64,000 nt of DNA from Octopus vulgaris (GCA_951406725.2 OX597822.1:94674001-94738000), one strand, 5' to 3'. Numbered from the stretch's first letter, positions 1 to 12,380 are shown. Numbers and translations: made by a program. Notes: generated by a model not told the origin, from the sequence alone.

Positions 1-534
1 TGATCCCAGGAAATTCCTGCCCAAGAATGTGATGTACCCCTGCATCACTTTCTCATATGTCCTACACGCTCACACACACGCACACGTGTGCATGAGTGTG
101 TTGATATAGCTTTTTAGAAACGGTTTCATGCAGATTAACACGTGCACCAAACAATGCATTAATATTTACAAATAATGCTCCAAAATGCATTTGCATACAC
201 AGTTGCATGCAATGTATAAGTGTGCGCATTTTAATTATGTATGTATATCTATGCATATAAACATGTATATACATGCATGTTTCGGTATAGACAACGAGGA
301 GCAGCTTCATATAAACACAAAAGACATTCATTAAAAATGCACCATCTCACACACATATATATACATATATACACACATAACCTCACCCATATGCAGATAC
401 AGCGATGCTCTGCGTACATATTTGTGCCACTGTGTATTTTGAATGTTGTTTATAAGAGACGATTCCTATCTATTGTTGTATATAATGCACGCACTATTTG
501 TCTGTCTGCATCACAGAGAAAAATCTATATATTG

Positions 535-713
535 TGAGGTGTATGAGAAAGAGAGAGAGAGGAGTTCGTCCAACTAGAACGTGAACTGTAGTATACTAAT
601 GTGTGACATATATGCACCTTCAATTGAGGTGTATGAGAAAGAGAGAGAGAGGAGTTCGTCCAACTAGAACGTGAACTGTAGTATACTAATGTGTGACATA
701 TATGCACCTTCAA
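535..713. repeat. Perfect tandem duplication, 90-bp period, 2 copies
   Basis: tgaggtgtatgagaaag...gcaccttcaa at 535-623 and again at 625-713. Confidence 0.95.
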
Positions 714-921
714 GTGACGTGTGTGTCTTCGCAAGAACGTCTGGTTACAATAGTAATTTTTTTTTTTCCTTAATTTCGTTTTTATGGTTGTTTCCACATT
801 TTACACACTCAAGAAACAGCCTAACCTCAGATTATCCTGTCGTGGACGCGGACACACACACATCTTATTAATATATAGCAGAAGTAACGAAGTGACCCAA
901 GGTCTGAGAGTTTCTGCTAAA

Positions 922-1339
922 GGATCTTTTCGGTTTGAACGGCAGTTTTTAAAAATAATTTCCACGTAACTAAACACTTTTAAACTTCGTATACTGGTAG
1001 AATGTGTTTTTAAAACATCTTTTTCTCTTGGCTTTATTGAGAAAATTCTATAGTTTGTAAGCTATTTGTTGTTTTTTCTTCTTCAATTTCTGCAATTTCA
1101 ACCAATCAGTGACGTCTATTGAGTTAAAAAGCATTCTGTGCTGTACGAATATGTCCTTCGTTTAAGAAACAGATTGGGTTTATTTACATTTGTGAAGAAA
1201 AAAAGATACCCTTCCCCCCACCCCTACCCCTAACCCTAAAACAGATTGAAATGCAATAGATCGATACTAGGGTCATAATTATGGGTGACAATTTCATATG
1301 ACACCACTAGAAAAAACTGCCGGTCAAACGAAAAGATCC
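922..1339. mobile_element. MITE, Merlin-like (GG-starting TIRs, 8-bp TSD)
   Basis: TIRs ggatcttttcggtttgaacggcagttttt / aaaaactgccggtcaaacgaaaagatcc; perfect TSD ctgctaaa at 914-921 and 1340-1347. Superfamily inferred from TIR and TSD only. Confidence 0.8.
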
Positions 1340-1438
1340 CTGCTAAATATTAATAAAAAATATATACATATACTCATATTTTGAGTTCTATTTCTCCTGT
1401 TTACATCAACATACCCCCCACACACACATACACATATA

Positions 1439-2680
1439 TTGGGTTGATGAAAAAGTAATCGCGGTTTTTTAGTGTGAAATAAAAGTCATTTATTTTTTTT
1501 CATACAAAGAATGAATTTTCATCAATTATATATTTTCCATTTGTTCGATGACCTTTTGCCATCTTTCTGGCAAATTCGTGATTCCGTGCTCATAGAACTT
1601 CTCGTACTTATCAGCTAAAAACTGAAGCAAGTGTGATTTCAGGTCATCGTCATTATCGAAAGTTTTACCTTTCAAAGAATTTTGCAAACTTCGAAATAAA
1701 TGGTAATCTGATGGTGCAAGGTCAGGGCTATATGGTGGATGTCACATCACTTCCCAACCAAGCTCCAATAATTTTTCCCAAGTTAGCAAAGATATGTGTG
1801 GAACACAATTCCTTTATGATTTGCCTATTCCGGCCATTTTTCTTTGATTGCTTCCTCCAGTTTCATTAGTTGTTGACAGTAAACATCTGAATTGATCGCT
1901 TGGTTCCTTGGAAGCAGCTCAAAATACACAGCACCTTTGTTATCCCACCAAGTTGACTGCATAACCATTTGTTTGATGCAATTCTGTTTTCGATTAGGTT
2001 TGTGCTGGTTCATTATGCTTGTACCATGATCGTTTTCGATTGATGTTATTGTAGACCAATCCATTTTTCATCACCAGTGAGGATTTGTTTAAAAAAAGAG
2101 TGATTTCATTGCGTTTGAGATGCATATCACAAATATTGATTTGTTGTGTTAAGTGAATCTCTTTCAATTTATGTGGAACCCAAATATTGAGTTTCTCAAC
2201 GATTCTAAGACATTTTGACTGATTTTCAGTTGTTGTGTGTGATACATTGAACTTCTCTGCAATTTCTCACACAGTTATATGACAATCTGATTGAATTATG
2301 GCTTTGATTTGGTCATCGTCAACCTTAGCAGATTGATGAAAACGTTGGTCATCTTTCAGTGAAAAGTCTCCAGAACGGAATTTTTTAAACCATTTCTGAC
2401 ATGCGTTCTGTTAAGCAATCAACACCATAAACTTTACATATCTCTTTGTGAGCCTCAGCAGCTTTCTTGCCTTTATGGAAATAAAAAAAAAGCAAAATAT
2501 GGCAAAAATGTTCGTTTTTGCACTCCATGTTAAAATTGACGCTGAACTAACAAAATTATGTGCAATTTGCTTCTAAAGTAAGCTAAAATTAACTATCAAA
2601 TGTCAAAAGGAAAAAATCATTATATTGACAGAAGTCATTCAAGAAATACAAAAAACAAAATTACTTTCTTGCCAACCCAA
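1439..2680 (-). mobile_element. Near full-length decayed mariner transposon (~1.24 kb)
   Basis: TIRs ttgggttgatgaaaaagtaat / attactttcttgccaacccaa with TA flanks. Frameshifted transposase from ATG at ~2528 (MECKNEHF), including WWDNKGAVYFELLPRNQAINSDVYCQQL and an RWQKVIEQ-like C-terminus. Confidence 0.92.
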
Positions 2681-2687
2681 TATATAT

Positions 2688-2753
<66 letters not shown>

Positions 2754-2779
2754 ATGTCTACAGAATTAATATTTTTTTC

Positions 2780-3140
2780 CATCCAAATGATTTTGAAGAC
2801 TACGGAATAAATGATAATCAGATGGGGCAATGTCCAGCAAATACAGTGGGTAGGGCATTATTTCCATTCTAACTGCTCCAGCCTTTGGAATGTCATCCTC
2901 ACTGTATGTGGCTGAGCATTATCCCGATGGAAGAACACCTTTCATCTTGAAAACAAAAATGGTCGTTTTTCTTCTAGTGCTGACTTAGTGGACTAAACCT
3001 TTCATATCTCCCCAAAGAGATAACAACACCTTATGTGGATGAAGACCTTCTTTAGCATGGGGGTGCTGGTGTTTCTCCTTTCCCTACCCACTGTCTTCAG
3101 CAATTAACATTTTTGTAGAGAACCCATTTCTTGTCACCAG
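2780..3140 (-). mobile_element. Second mariner transposase fragment (catalytic domain pieces)
   Basis: Minus strand reads TGDKKWV, VFFHRDNAQPH and DIAPSDYHLFRSLQ. Confidence 0.85.
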
Positions 3141-3623
3141 TCGCTATTCGGTCCAAAAAATGGTTCATTCGTTAGGACATGACGGCAAAGAAGAGCAGAC
3201 ATTCACTCTCTGTGTGCAATTAGGCTTGGAAAGTTTGTGAGTTGCACTAAGTTCCAGTGTCTGCTTTGGCATGGTTTCTGCAGCTGGATTTTCTGTCTAA
3301 CACCAACCACTTCACAATGCTTAGTGGGTTTTTTCTTTTATTTCATGGCACCAGCACTAGTGAGGTCACCAGGCACCTATATGACAAGACACCTCAACTG
3401 AGTAGGTTATAGAATGGAGAGTTACGAAAGTAAGATATAGGAACAGGAGCAGGTGTCTTTCTGAAGAGGTGAATACATGGCTTTCCCATCTGGAAAGATT
3501 GAGAGAGAGAGAGAGAGATATGTAAGATCAAGTGAATATGAAAGAGAGGGTAGGTGAGAGGAACAGAAGCAGTGGGTGAGTAGGTAACTGCACTAGGGTG
3601 AATGTAGTGTGACAGATGATTAT

Positions 3624-3781
3624 AGCAGAAACAGCTCTAAGCTAATGAAGCTGATTCTATAATCCCTGTTTCCTTTTCATTCCATTAATCTCATATAACA
3701 CTTTCTACTTGTCTAATGCTTTCTTCAGAAGCATACGTATATTGCATTTTTTTAACAGCAGGTTATTAGTTACACTGTGCA
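3624..3781 (+). repeat. ~155-bp module starting with the hammerhead 3'-half motif; inverted copy at 6125-6279
   Basis: agcagaaacagctctaagc...gcaggttattagttacactgtgca aligns to the reverse complement of 6125-6279. Confidence 0.8.
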
Positions 3782-4225
3782 CAAGAAAAAAATCTTGAAA
3801 TATATCACCTGTTTCTTTTTCCTCCCAAGCAAGCTTGGATTGGGTGGGGTACAGTTACTTATTTTAGGTGGTATTTTATGGCTGGATGCTTTCCCTACCA
3901 CCGACCCTTGCCTGTTCTACAATTAAGAGATGTCTCTGATTGCATCAGAGTTGTCAAAAGTGCAAAGTGAGCAGCTGTACTCTCGAAAAGAAATGTAAGC
4001 ATCATGACACCATTTTGCTCAGACAGTAATTAGTGGAAGATGAAATGTCAACATTCAGACACAGAGGCACACACTCATATACATACATACACACTCATAC
4101 ACACACACACACACACATATATATACACCTACATACACACATGTATATATTTATATATATATTACATATATACTTATGAATACTACCTACATACATACAC
4201 ATATATATATAAGTATGTGTATATA

Positions 4226-4273
<48 letters not shown>

Positions 4274-4324
4274 CATACATACATATATATATACATACAT
4301 ATATATTTATATATACATATAGTT

Positions 4325-4472
4325 GCAGGAGTGGCTGTGTGGTACCAACCACATGGTTCCAGGTTCATGGCACCTTGGGCAAGAGTCGTCTACTATAGCC
4401 TTGGGCTGACCAAAGCCTTGTGAGTGGATTTGGTAGACAGAAACTGAAAGAAGCCCTTTATGTGTGTGTGTG

Positions 4473-4532
<60 letters not shown>

Positions 4533-4692
4533 AGTTTTTATATGTCTGTGTTTGTCCCCCTCAACATCGCTTGACAACAGATGCTGGTGTGTTTATGTCT
4601 CCATAACTTAACAGTTCAGCAAAAAAGACTGATAGAATAAGTACTAGGCTTACAAAGAATAAGTCCTGGGGTCAGTTTCCTCGATTAAAGGC
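4325..4692 (+). mobile_element. tRNA-derived SINE family A (CORE-like), head partly deleted
   Basis: ggagtggctgtgtggta head, caccttgggcaag core, internal (TA)n/(TG)n, shared 3' part. Confidence 0.85.
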
Positions 4693-4887
4693 ACGTTTCC
4701 ACAAATCACATGTCTCAAGCACACACACACAAACACACACACACACACACCACATGCACATGATCTTTCAGTTTCCATCTACTAAATCCACTCAAAATGC
4801 TTTGGTTGGCCTGAGACTATAGTAGAAGACATTTGCCCAAGATGCCATGCAGTGGGCCAGAACCTGGAAGCATGTAGTTTGAGAAGC

Positions 4888-4924
<37 letters not shown>

Positions 4925-5281
4925 TGTGCATACACTCACACAAGAAACTCTTCTATAAAGTTTCCATCTATCAACCCCACTCACCTGCCACTAATCAGAT
5001 CGAGAGTATAGTACTTAGTAAAAATTTTATACTGTGGAACTGAACTTGAAAACACATAGCTGAGAAGTGAGATGTTTAACCAAACAGCCCTTGATATAGG
5101 GCCACACTGCAGGCACTACTTCCTATTATACAGTCGATTACATCAATCCCACTGCTTATTTTATTGTACTAAAGTGGTTGAAAGACAAACACGACCTGGG
5201 AAGGATTTGAACTCACAATGGAAAGGTACATACCAAACTACCAAAATTGCATTCTGTCTGATGCTCTACAAACTCAGTATA

Positions 5282-5675
5282 TCTATATATATAAAACTGT
5301 AGTTGTGTGAGTGTCTGTCCCCTTCGATTTAGATTCCTAACTACTCCCACATTTTGCGGTGCAGTTTAACCAAAACCGGGTATCTTATAGCCGTGATTCA
5401 TATCGAGCCCTTCTGGGTATTAGCGCGCGTCTACGATGAGTCTACGATTTTAAAAATAATTTACCATCATTTTTTTCCATTTTCATGCATATTTTTTTTA
5501 AAGGAAGTAACTCTCTAAAAATGTCTACGATGAGTCAACGATTTTTAAAAAAATTTACCATCGTATTTTTTCCATTTTTAATGCATTTTTTTGCTATTTT
5601 TTGGCTATAACTCTCTAAAAATGCTGTATAGTTATTTCCCTTACAAACCCGAGCAACGCCGGGCGATACTGCTAG
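5282..5675 (+). mobile_element. Non-autonomous Helitron-like element
   Basis: A|TC 5' end, CTAG|T 3' end, subterminal GC hairpin cccgagcaacgccggg at 5648-5663, no TSD, internal imperfect duplication (~5429-5490 / ~5523-5590). Confidence 0.85.
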
Positions 5676-6124
5676 TATATATATAAAACCAAACCACAGC
5701 TGCTGCTCAGAAGCAGTTATGATTTGGTTGCATGTACCACACTTTTGCTAAATGTTTTTCAGTGCCTAGTAGTCCTGAAGGGACAGACACCTCAGTTTTC
5801 CCATCTCTTTACCCAGTGGAACATTGAGGATGTGACAGCTGGAGAGAGAGAGGGGGGTGCACCAGCACAAAGCTGGTATTCTAAATAGAGTGAAACAGTA
5901 TGAAATAATATAAGACAGAAGCAATATTTAGAATCAAGAGGCTGCAGGGTAAACTTAGCACAGACCAAATTATTAACAAGTAGAAAAATGAGGTCCTGTC
6001 TAGCCTTCCTGCACATTATATCATTACTACTGTCTCTTGTCACCACCTCTGATCCCCTCTTTTTTTTCTCTCCTTCAGTTCTCCATCCCCAAACTGATAT
6101 TCACTGCATCCAACACAGTCCCCA

Positions 6125-6420
6125 TGCAGAGTGATACTAATAACCTGCTGTTAAAACTCAATATACATATGCTTCTGAAGAAAGCATTAAACAAGAAGAA
6201 AGTGTTATATGAGATTAATGAAGTGAAAAGGAAACAGGGATTACATAATCAACTTTATTTGCTTACAGCTGTTTCTGCTTCCGGAAGCTACAGGAAGCTA
6301 TAAATTGATGCACAAGCTCTCGGCTCTGAGTGCACCGTGTCTTATAGCAGAAACAGCTGTGAGTTAATGAAGTTAATTATGTAATTCTTGTTCTCTTGTT
6401 ATTCCATTTATTTCATATAT
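6125..6420. repeat. Head-to-head inverted element with hammerhead-half motif at the inner ends
   Basis: gcttacagctgtttctgct (6261-6279) faces agcagaaacagctgtgagt (6346-6364); arms pair out to ~6205 / ~6420. Confidence 0.75.
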
Positions 6421-6510
6421 GTACGTGTGTGTATATGTATGTATGCATATATGCTGTCTATGTGTGCGTGTACATACACAAACACACACACATGAGCTTA
6501 TTACCTTTAT

Positions 6511-6580
6511 ATAGTCAGCTGTTTCACCTCTTAAAATAAATTGAAGAAGATCAAAACGGACATGAAAGGCTCATCAGAAC
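6511..6580 (-). ncRNA. Degenerate minimal hammerhead ribozyme motif
   Basis: Minus strand CUGAUGA-gccu...aggu-GAAA-cagcug; the cleavage triplet and stem I are lost. Confidence 0.5.
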
Positions 6581-6730
6581 AAGACTTTATGGTAGACCAA
6601 ACCTCTGCTCTTCTATTATGCTCTTATTGTGCCAGGTCTTAGAGAAGGCCTTTCCATTAGGTCATCACTCATTACCTCCTTGTTTACATTATATTGAATG
6701 CTTTCCCCTGTCTATCTTTAACTTGACTTG

Positions 6731-6764
<34 letters not shown>

Positions 6765-6810
6765 CTATGTATCTCACTGCCTGACTCACTTGTTATCTTC
6801 TAACATGATT

Positions 6811-6928
6811 CTCTCTTTACTCTTTTACTTGTTTCAGTCATTTGACTGCGGCCAAAGGTGCCACGCAGTGGGACTGAACCCAGAACCATGTGGTTGGTAA
6901 GCAAGCTACTTACCACACAGCCACTCCC
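6811..6928 (-). mobile_element. SINE family A, internally deleted (head fused to tail)
   Basis: Tail cttgtttcagtcatttgactgcggcca joined directly to head aaggtgccacgcagtgggactgaaccc. Confidence 0.85.
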
Positions 6929-7044
6929 TAATTCAAATTTTCCTCTTAGTTGGAGTAAGAGAATCGAAATTTAGAGGTAATAGGGGTTATTGTAAACAGT
7001 CCTCTAAAACAAGGGGAGATACTTTCAAGAAATTAAGAATTACT

Positions 7045-7445
7045 TGCAAGCATGACTGTGTGGTAAGAAGCTTGCTTCCCAACCACATGGTTCTGGGTTC
7101 AGGCCCACTGCATGGTACCCAGGGCAAGTATCTTCTACTCTAGTCTCATGCCAACCAAAGCCTTGTGAATGGATTTAGCAGGTGGAAACTGAAGGAAACC
7201 CATTGTATATATGTGTGTGCATGTATATGTGTTTGTCATCACCATCACTTGACAACTGATGTTGGTTTGTTAAGAATCTCATAACTTAGTGGTTTGGCAA
7301 AGGAGACCAATACAATAAGTACCAGGCTTTACAAAAAAAAAAAAAAAAGTATTGGGCTTCATTTGTTTGAGCCTTAAAAGCAGTGTCCCAGTATGGCCGC
7401 AGTCCAATAAGTGAAACAAATAAAAAAAAAAATAAAAGATAAAAG
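7045..7445 (+). mobile_element. SINE family A, diverged
   Basis: A/B-box-like head, core and tail align to other copies. Confidence 0.85.
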
Positions 7446-8004
7446 TTAACTGATTTATTAAGTTAGTTTATGTTCTTAAAGAAAAATTAGGTCTTTGCTA
7501 GCAAAGAGGACAGCCTGGCCAATAGAGAGCTTGGTTCTGAATGGGACTAAAGGAGCTGTCTGATGCATAGATAGCTGGGTAGATAAATAGACATCATGAT
7601 AGACTGGCAGATTGACAGGTGATCTTAAAGGCTGACAGTTAATTTGGGCTATCTGACAGACAAATCAAACACTGACAGTCCTTGTGTGTGTAAAGCAGGG
7701 AGAGTAAGAGAAGGGGAGAGTAAGAGGAGGGGAGAGTGAAAGAGAGAGGGGAGTGAGAAATGGAGGGCATGTATGAGAGATTATGTGACAAAGAGAGACT
7801 ATTTGTGGTGTGTGTGTGTGAAAGGGAAAGAGTGAGAGAGAGATGATGATGATAGTGTGTGTATGTATGATTGGAGGAGTTTGAGACAGTGTATGTGTGT
7901 GCACGTGTGTGTTATGCCGAAAAATAGATGTAGAAAGTGGAAGGTTGGCTGAAAGAGTGTACCATCTCGGGGAGAGGATTAGGATGGATAAGAAACAAAG
8001 TCAG

Positions 8005-8161
8005 TGTGTGGTAAGTAGCTTGCTTACCAACCACATGGTTCCGGGTTCAGTCCCACTGCGTGGCACCTTGGGCAAGTGTCTTCTACTATAGCCTCAGGCC
8101 TACCAAAGCCTTGTGAGTGGATTTGGTACACGGAAACTGAAAGAAGCCCGTCATATATATG

Positions 8162-8199
<38 letters not shown>

Positions 8200-8370
8200 C
8201 GTGTATGTTTGTGTGTCTGTGTTTGTCCTCCTAGCATTGCTTGACAACCGATGCTGGTGTGTTTATGTCCCCATCACTTAGCAGTTTGGCAAAAGAGACC
8301 GATAGAATAAGTACTGGGCTTACAAAGAATAAGTCCCGGGGTCGAGTTGCTCGATTAAAGGCGGTGCTCC
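8005..8370 (+). mobile_element. SINE family A, 3' end replaced by a family B copy
   Basis: High identity to 12757-13155 up to ggcggtgctcc. Confidence 0.9.
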
Positions 8371-8765
8371 GGCGAGCTGGCATACTCATTAGCACGCCAG
8401 GCGAAATGCTTAGCGTTATTTCGTCTGCCGTTACATTCTGAGTTCAAATTCCGCCTAGGTCGACTTTGCCTTTCATCCTTTCGGGGTTGATAAATTAAGT
8501 ACCAGTTATGCACTGGGGTTGACATAATCGACTTAATCCGTTTGTCTGTCCTTGTTTGTCCTCTCTGTGTTTAGCCCCTTGTGGGTAGTAAAGAAATAGG
8601 TATTTCATCTGTCTTCGTGTTCTGAGTTCAAATGCCACCAGGTTTGACTTTGCTTTTCATCCTTTTGGGGTCAATAATTTAAGTACCAGTTGTGTACTGG
8701 GATCAATCTAATTGACTGGCCCCCACTCCAAAAATTTCAGGCCTTATACCTAGAGTATAAAAGAT
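8371..8765 (+). mobile_element. Two tandem SINE family B units with different tails
   Basis: ggcgagctgg head, B-box gagttcaaattcc, central gcctttcatcctttcggggtcgataaattaagtacc (recalled as Deu/Nin-like domain). Confidence 0.85.
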
Positions 8766-8793
8766 TATTATTATTATTATTATTATTATTATT

Positions 8794-9347
8794 GAGTGAG
8801 AGAGCAGTGCATGCCATCAAAGTGACACTGGGGTAAAATATATGAAGCCCAATATACCCATCATGACTACCCGTCTGATAAAGGTACACCAGGCACATGC
8901 ATCACAACCATATGTGTGCGACATGGTGATCTCATATCAAGATAAACAGCACATGACCTTGCAGGTGGGGCCCAGTTAGAATTTTCTTCAGGTTGAGTAG
9001 CCCATCCCGCTCAAAAGGTCCCTGAATAAGGGTTGTTTAAGGATGTTGAAAGAACCACCCATGTTTCCAGAGGTGAATTATTCAAACCCCAAAGAATCCC
9101 TCTCAACACATGGCTATGATGCTCCCCCACTACTTCTGCTCGTGATCAGAGATGCACATATCGTCAGCCACTTAGGGACATGCTCAACTGGTTAAGGTCA
9201 AACAACTGACAAGCAAATCTGTGGTATTGAGCAGAATATTTGCTGTAGCCCATCTTTTATACCAAGACAAGACAATGTACATGATAACACTTCCAATCAG
9301 TTAAGATCAGAAGCCATGAGAGCCACTGCCTGGTACTGCATCAGGGC
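8794..9347 (-). mobile_element. 554-bp non-coding interspersed element (family D) inside an (ATT)n tract
   Basis: Same length and ends as 16025-16578; (ATT)n on both sides; strand inferred. Confidence 0.85.
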
Positions 9348-9381
<34 letters not shown>

Positions 9382-9390
9382 GTTATTATT

Positions 9391-9947
9391 TTTTCTTCTT
9401 CTTTCAAATTTGCTTCCATTTCTTGCCGAGTGTCTTCCCGACTCCTAGGGCAAAGAAACTCATAGTATACATTGGTAGGCCATTAAACTAAACTCACTCG
9501 TTCACTCTTTTTTTTTTTTTGATAGAAATAAAGTTAAATTAAAATACATGGGTAGTAATAGTTCTCACATCGACAATGCCCTTCTCAATACGTGTGATGT
9601 ACCAGTTAAGACAAACTTTTGCACTTCTTGCAGGGATGGTAACCAAGGGATCATTCTCATATAATTTTCGGTTCCCTTCTTGATCATTCCTAGTGCTCCT
9701 ACAATCATTGGTATTGTAACCACCTTGAGATGCCACATTTTCTCAATTTCAATGAGCAGGTCTTTATATTTTCTGAGCTTGTCAAATTCTTTGGCCAAGA
9801 TATTATGATCACAGGGGATGCTCATGTCGATCAATAAGCAAACTTTATTGTTTTGGTCTTTCACAACAATATCTGGTTTATTGGCTTTGATGGTTCGGTC
9901 TGTATGTACTGGAAAGTCCCACAGAATCATTACATTTTCTCCTTCAG

Positions 9948-9948
<1 letters not shown>
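9391..9948 (-). mobile_element. 5'-truncated R4/Dong-clade non-LTR retrotransposon (restriction-like endonuclease domain plus 3' UTR)
   Basis: ORF 9565-9930 ILWDFPVHTDRTIKANKPDIVVKD...IDMSIP...KLRKYKDL...IVGALG carries the PD..D REL signature; (ATT)n on both flanks. Confidence 0.9.
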
Positions 9949-9994
<46 letters not shown>

Positions 9995-10429
9995 CATTAT
10001 TATCATCATCATCATCATCATTATTATTATTAAGCCAGCGTTGACTTTGCCTTTCAAGGTTGATAAATTAAGTACCAGTTACACACTGGGGTTGATGTGA
10101 TCGACTAATCTCCTACCCCCAAATTTCAGGCCTTGTGCTATTAATAGAAAAGATTATTATTATTATTAATATACCAAGTGTAATACTTATATTTTAAACA
10201 TCTCCATCATTACAGAAAAATATTCGTTGACATTAGAATATGAGTGGGATATTGTGTTATCAGTAAGCAGAAACATGGCTGGTGATGTGCCAAAATCCAA
10301 TATAATTTCATTTGTGCTTATCTTCAATAATATCTATACAGGGTGGGTGGCTTTCGCCTGCACAAATATCTAAATAGAAAGTGATTTAAGCTGGATTGGG
10401 ATAGTATAAGAAAATACAGATAACAAACC

Positions 10430-10662
10430 TATTTCTTTATTACCCACAAGGGGCTAAACACAGAGGGGACAAACAAGGACAGACATAGGTATTAAGTCGA
10501 TTACATCGACCCCAGTGCGTAACTGGTACTTAATTTATCGACCCCGAAAGGATGAAAAGCAAAGTCGACCTCGGCGGAATTTGAACTCACAACGTAACGG
10601 CAGACGAAATACCGCTAAGCATTTCGCCCGGCGTACTAACGTTTCTGCCAGCTCGCCGCCTT
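10430..10662 (-). mobile_element. Full-length SINE family B with TSD
   Basis: TSD aaatacagataacaaacc (10412-10429) / aaatacggataacaaacc (10663-10680). Confidence 0.92.
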
Positions 10663-11188
10663 AAATACGGATAACAAACCACTACACAAAACTATCTTCT
10701 ACTTGATTTAAATAATCTGTTAGTTTGCCTTTTTTTATTTTTATTTTACTGAAGCAAAGGGAAGGGGTAATCATAAGATGGTGTTTTCTGAAAGGGGCGA
10801 CTGGTGATCTCCTTTAACTTACCTATCATTTAGTTTGTTGTTTTATTCATGTATTTTTGTTCGTTGTGAATTCTGGGACTTTCATATCTCTTACCTTTTA
10901 CTTGTTTCAGTCATTAAACTGTAGCCATGCTGGGGTACTGCCTTAAAGGACTTTTACTCAAATGAATCGACCCCTAGTACTTATTTTTTAAACCTGATAC
11001 TTATTCTATCAATATCTTTTGCCAAATCGCTAAGTTACAGGGACAGAAACACTAGCACTAATTGTGAATTGGTGCTGGGGGACAAAGACACAAAGATACG
11101 CACACATAAATATATATGTATATGACGGGCTTCTTTCAGTTTCCATCTACCAAATCCCTGACAAGGCTTTGGTCAGCCTGAGGCTATA

Positions 11189-12071
11189 CAAGGTATGATC
11201 AGTAAGTATCCGGACTGTTGCCATAATAGCAAAGCTAAAACACGCAGAGTGAAGCCACTTGGCACAGATTTACCTTGACTTCTGTTGTGCATGGACACTA
11301 AGTTTTAACATTCTAACTCCCTTCCCCTCTTTACAGCAGTGCTTGGAAGGAAGGTGTGTAGCATGTGATCATTGCATTGACCATTTCAGAAAAAGTTGTT
11401 ATGGCAATACCTGCTCAGAGCCCTATGCAAAGTTGCAGGAAGTGTATGGGTCACACACAAGAGTGTGAGTGGTTCAGACATTTCCAAGGTGGCCGAAAAA
11501 ATGTCAGTAAAGACAAACGTTTCGGGAGACCCACAACCAGCAGAATTTTAAAAAAACATCGCAGATGTACATGCAGCTGTGAAGGGAAATTGTCAAATCA
11601 CCATCTGTGAGTTATCAGAGGATGTGTAGATTAGTTCCAGTTCAGTTCAGTCCATTATCTCTGAAGATTTGGGTATGAGATGCGTGTCTGCCAAGTTTGT
11701 GCCTAAACTGTTTTCAGCTGACCAAAAAGACACTTGGATTTCAATTGCATGATATCTCCTTGATTGTGTCGAGAACGATGGAGATTTTTTGAAGACTTTG
11801 TGTAGGCCTCTGAGCAGGTATCATCAAGCTTTTTGGCAAAATTTGATGCAGATTCTCTGCTCAGCTTTCTCCAACATGGTCAGTACAACAATCACACGCT
11901 ACACACGTTCCTTCCAAGCATTGCTGTAAACAGCGGAAGTGAGCTAGAACGTTGAAACTCAGTGTGCATGCACAGCAGAGTTCAAGGTGAATCTGTGTCA
12001 AGGAACATCACTGAATGTGCTTTAGCTTCGTTACTATGGCAATAGTCCGGATACTTATTGATCAGACAACA
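11189..12071 (+). mobile_element. Non-autonomous mariner derivative with ~280-bp inverted ends
   Basis: Ends gatcagtaagtatccggactgttgccata / tatggcaatagtccggatacttattgatc; remnant EWFRHFQGGRKNVSKDKRFGRPTTS and LGMRCVSAKFVPKL; no catalytic domain. Confidence 0.88.
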
Positions 12072-12148
12072 TGGTAGAAGACACTTGCTGAAGGTGTCAC
12101 ACAATGGGAGTGAGCCTGAATCCATGTGGTTAGGCACTGAGCTTCTTA

Positions 12149-12380
12149 TTTCTTTATTGCCCACTAGGGGCTACACAGAGGGGACAAACCAGGACAGACA
12201 AATGGATTAAGTCAATTACATCAACCACCAGTGTTTGACTGGTACTTAATTTATCGACCCTGAAAGGATGAAAGGCAAAGTCGACCTGGGCGGAATTTGA
12301 ACCCAGAACGTAACGGCAGACAAAATATCGCTAAGCATTTCGCCCCGGTGTGCTAACGTTTCTGCCAGCTCGCCACCTTT
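12149..12380 (-). mobile_element. SINE family B with TSD, nested in SINE A
   Basis: TSD ctgagcttctta at 12137-12148 and 12384-12395. Confidence 0.9.

Noticed and set aside
1-62. Possible exon at the window edge (plus DPRKFLPKNV or minus TYEKVMQGYITFLGRNFLGS)
   Set aside because: Truncated, strand ambiguous, splice sites weak.
9290-9348. Faint U2 snRNA-like strings at the end of family D (atcagttaagatc, cctggtactgca)
   Set aside because: Matches are short, gapped and from memory; not supportable without an Rfam search.
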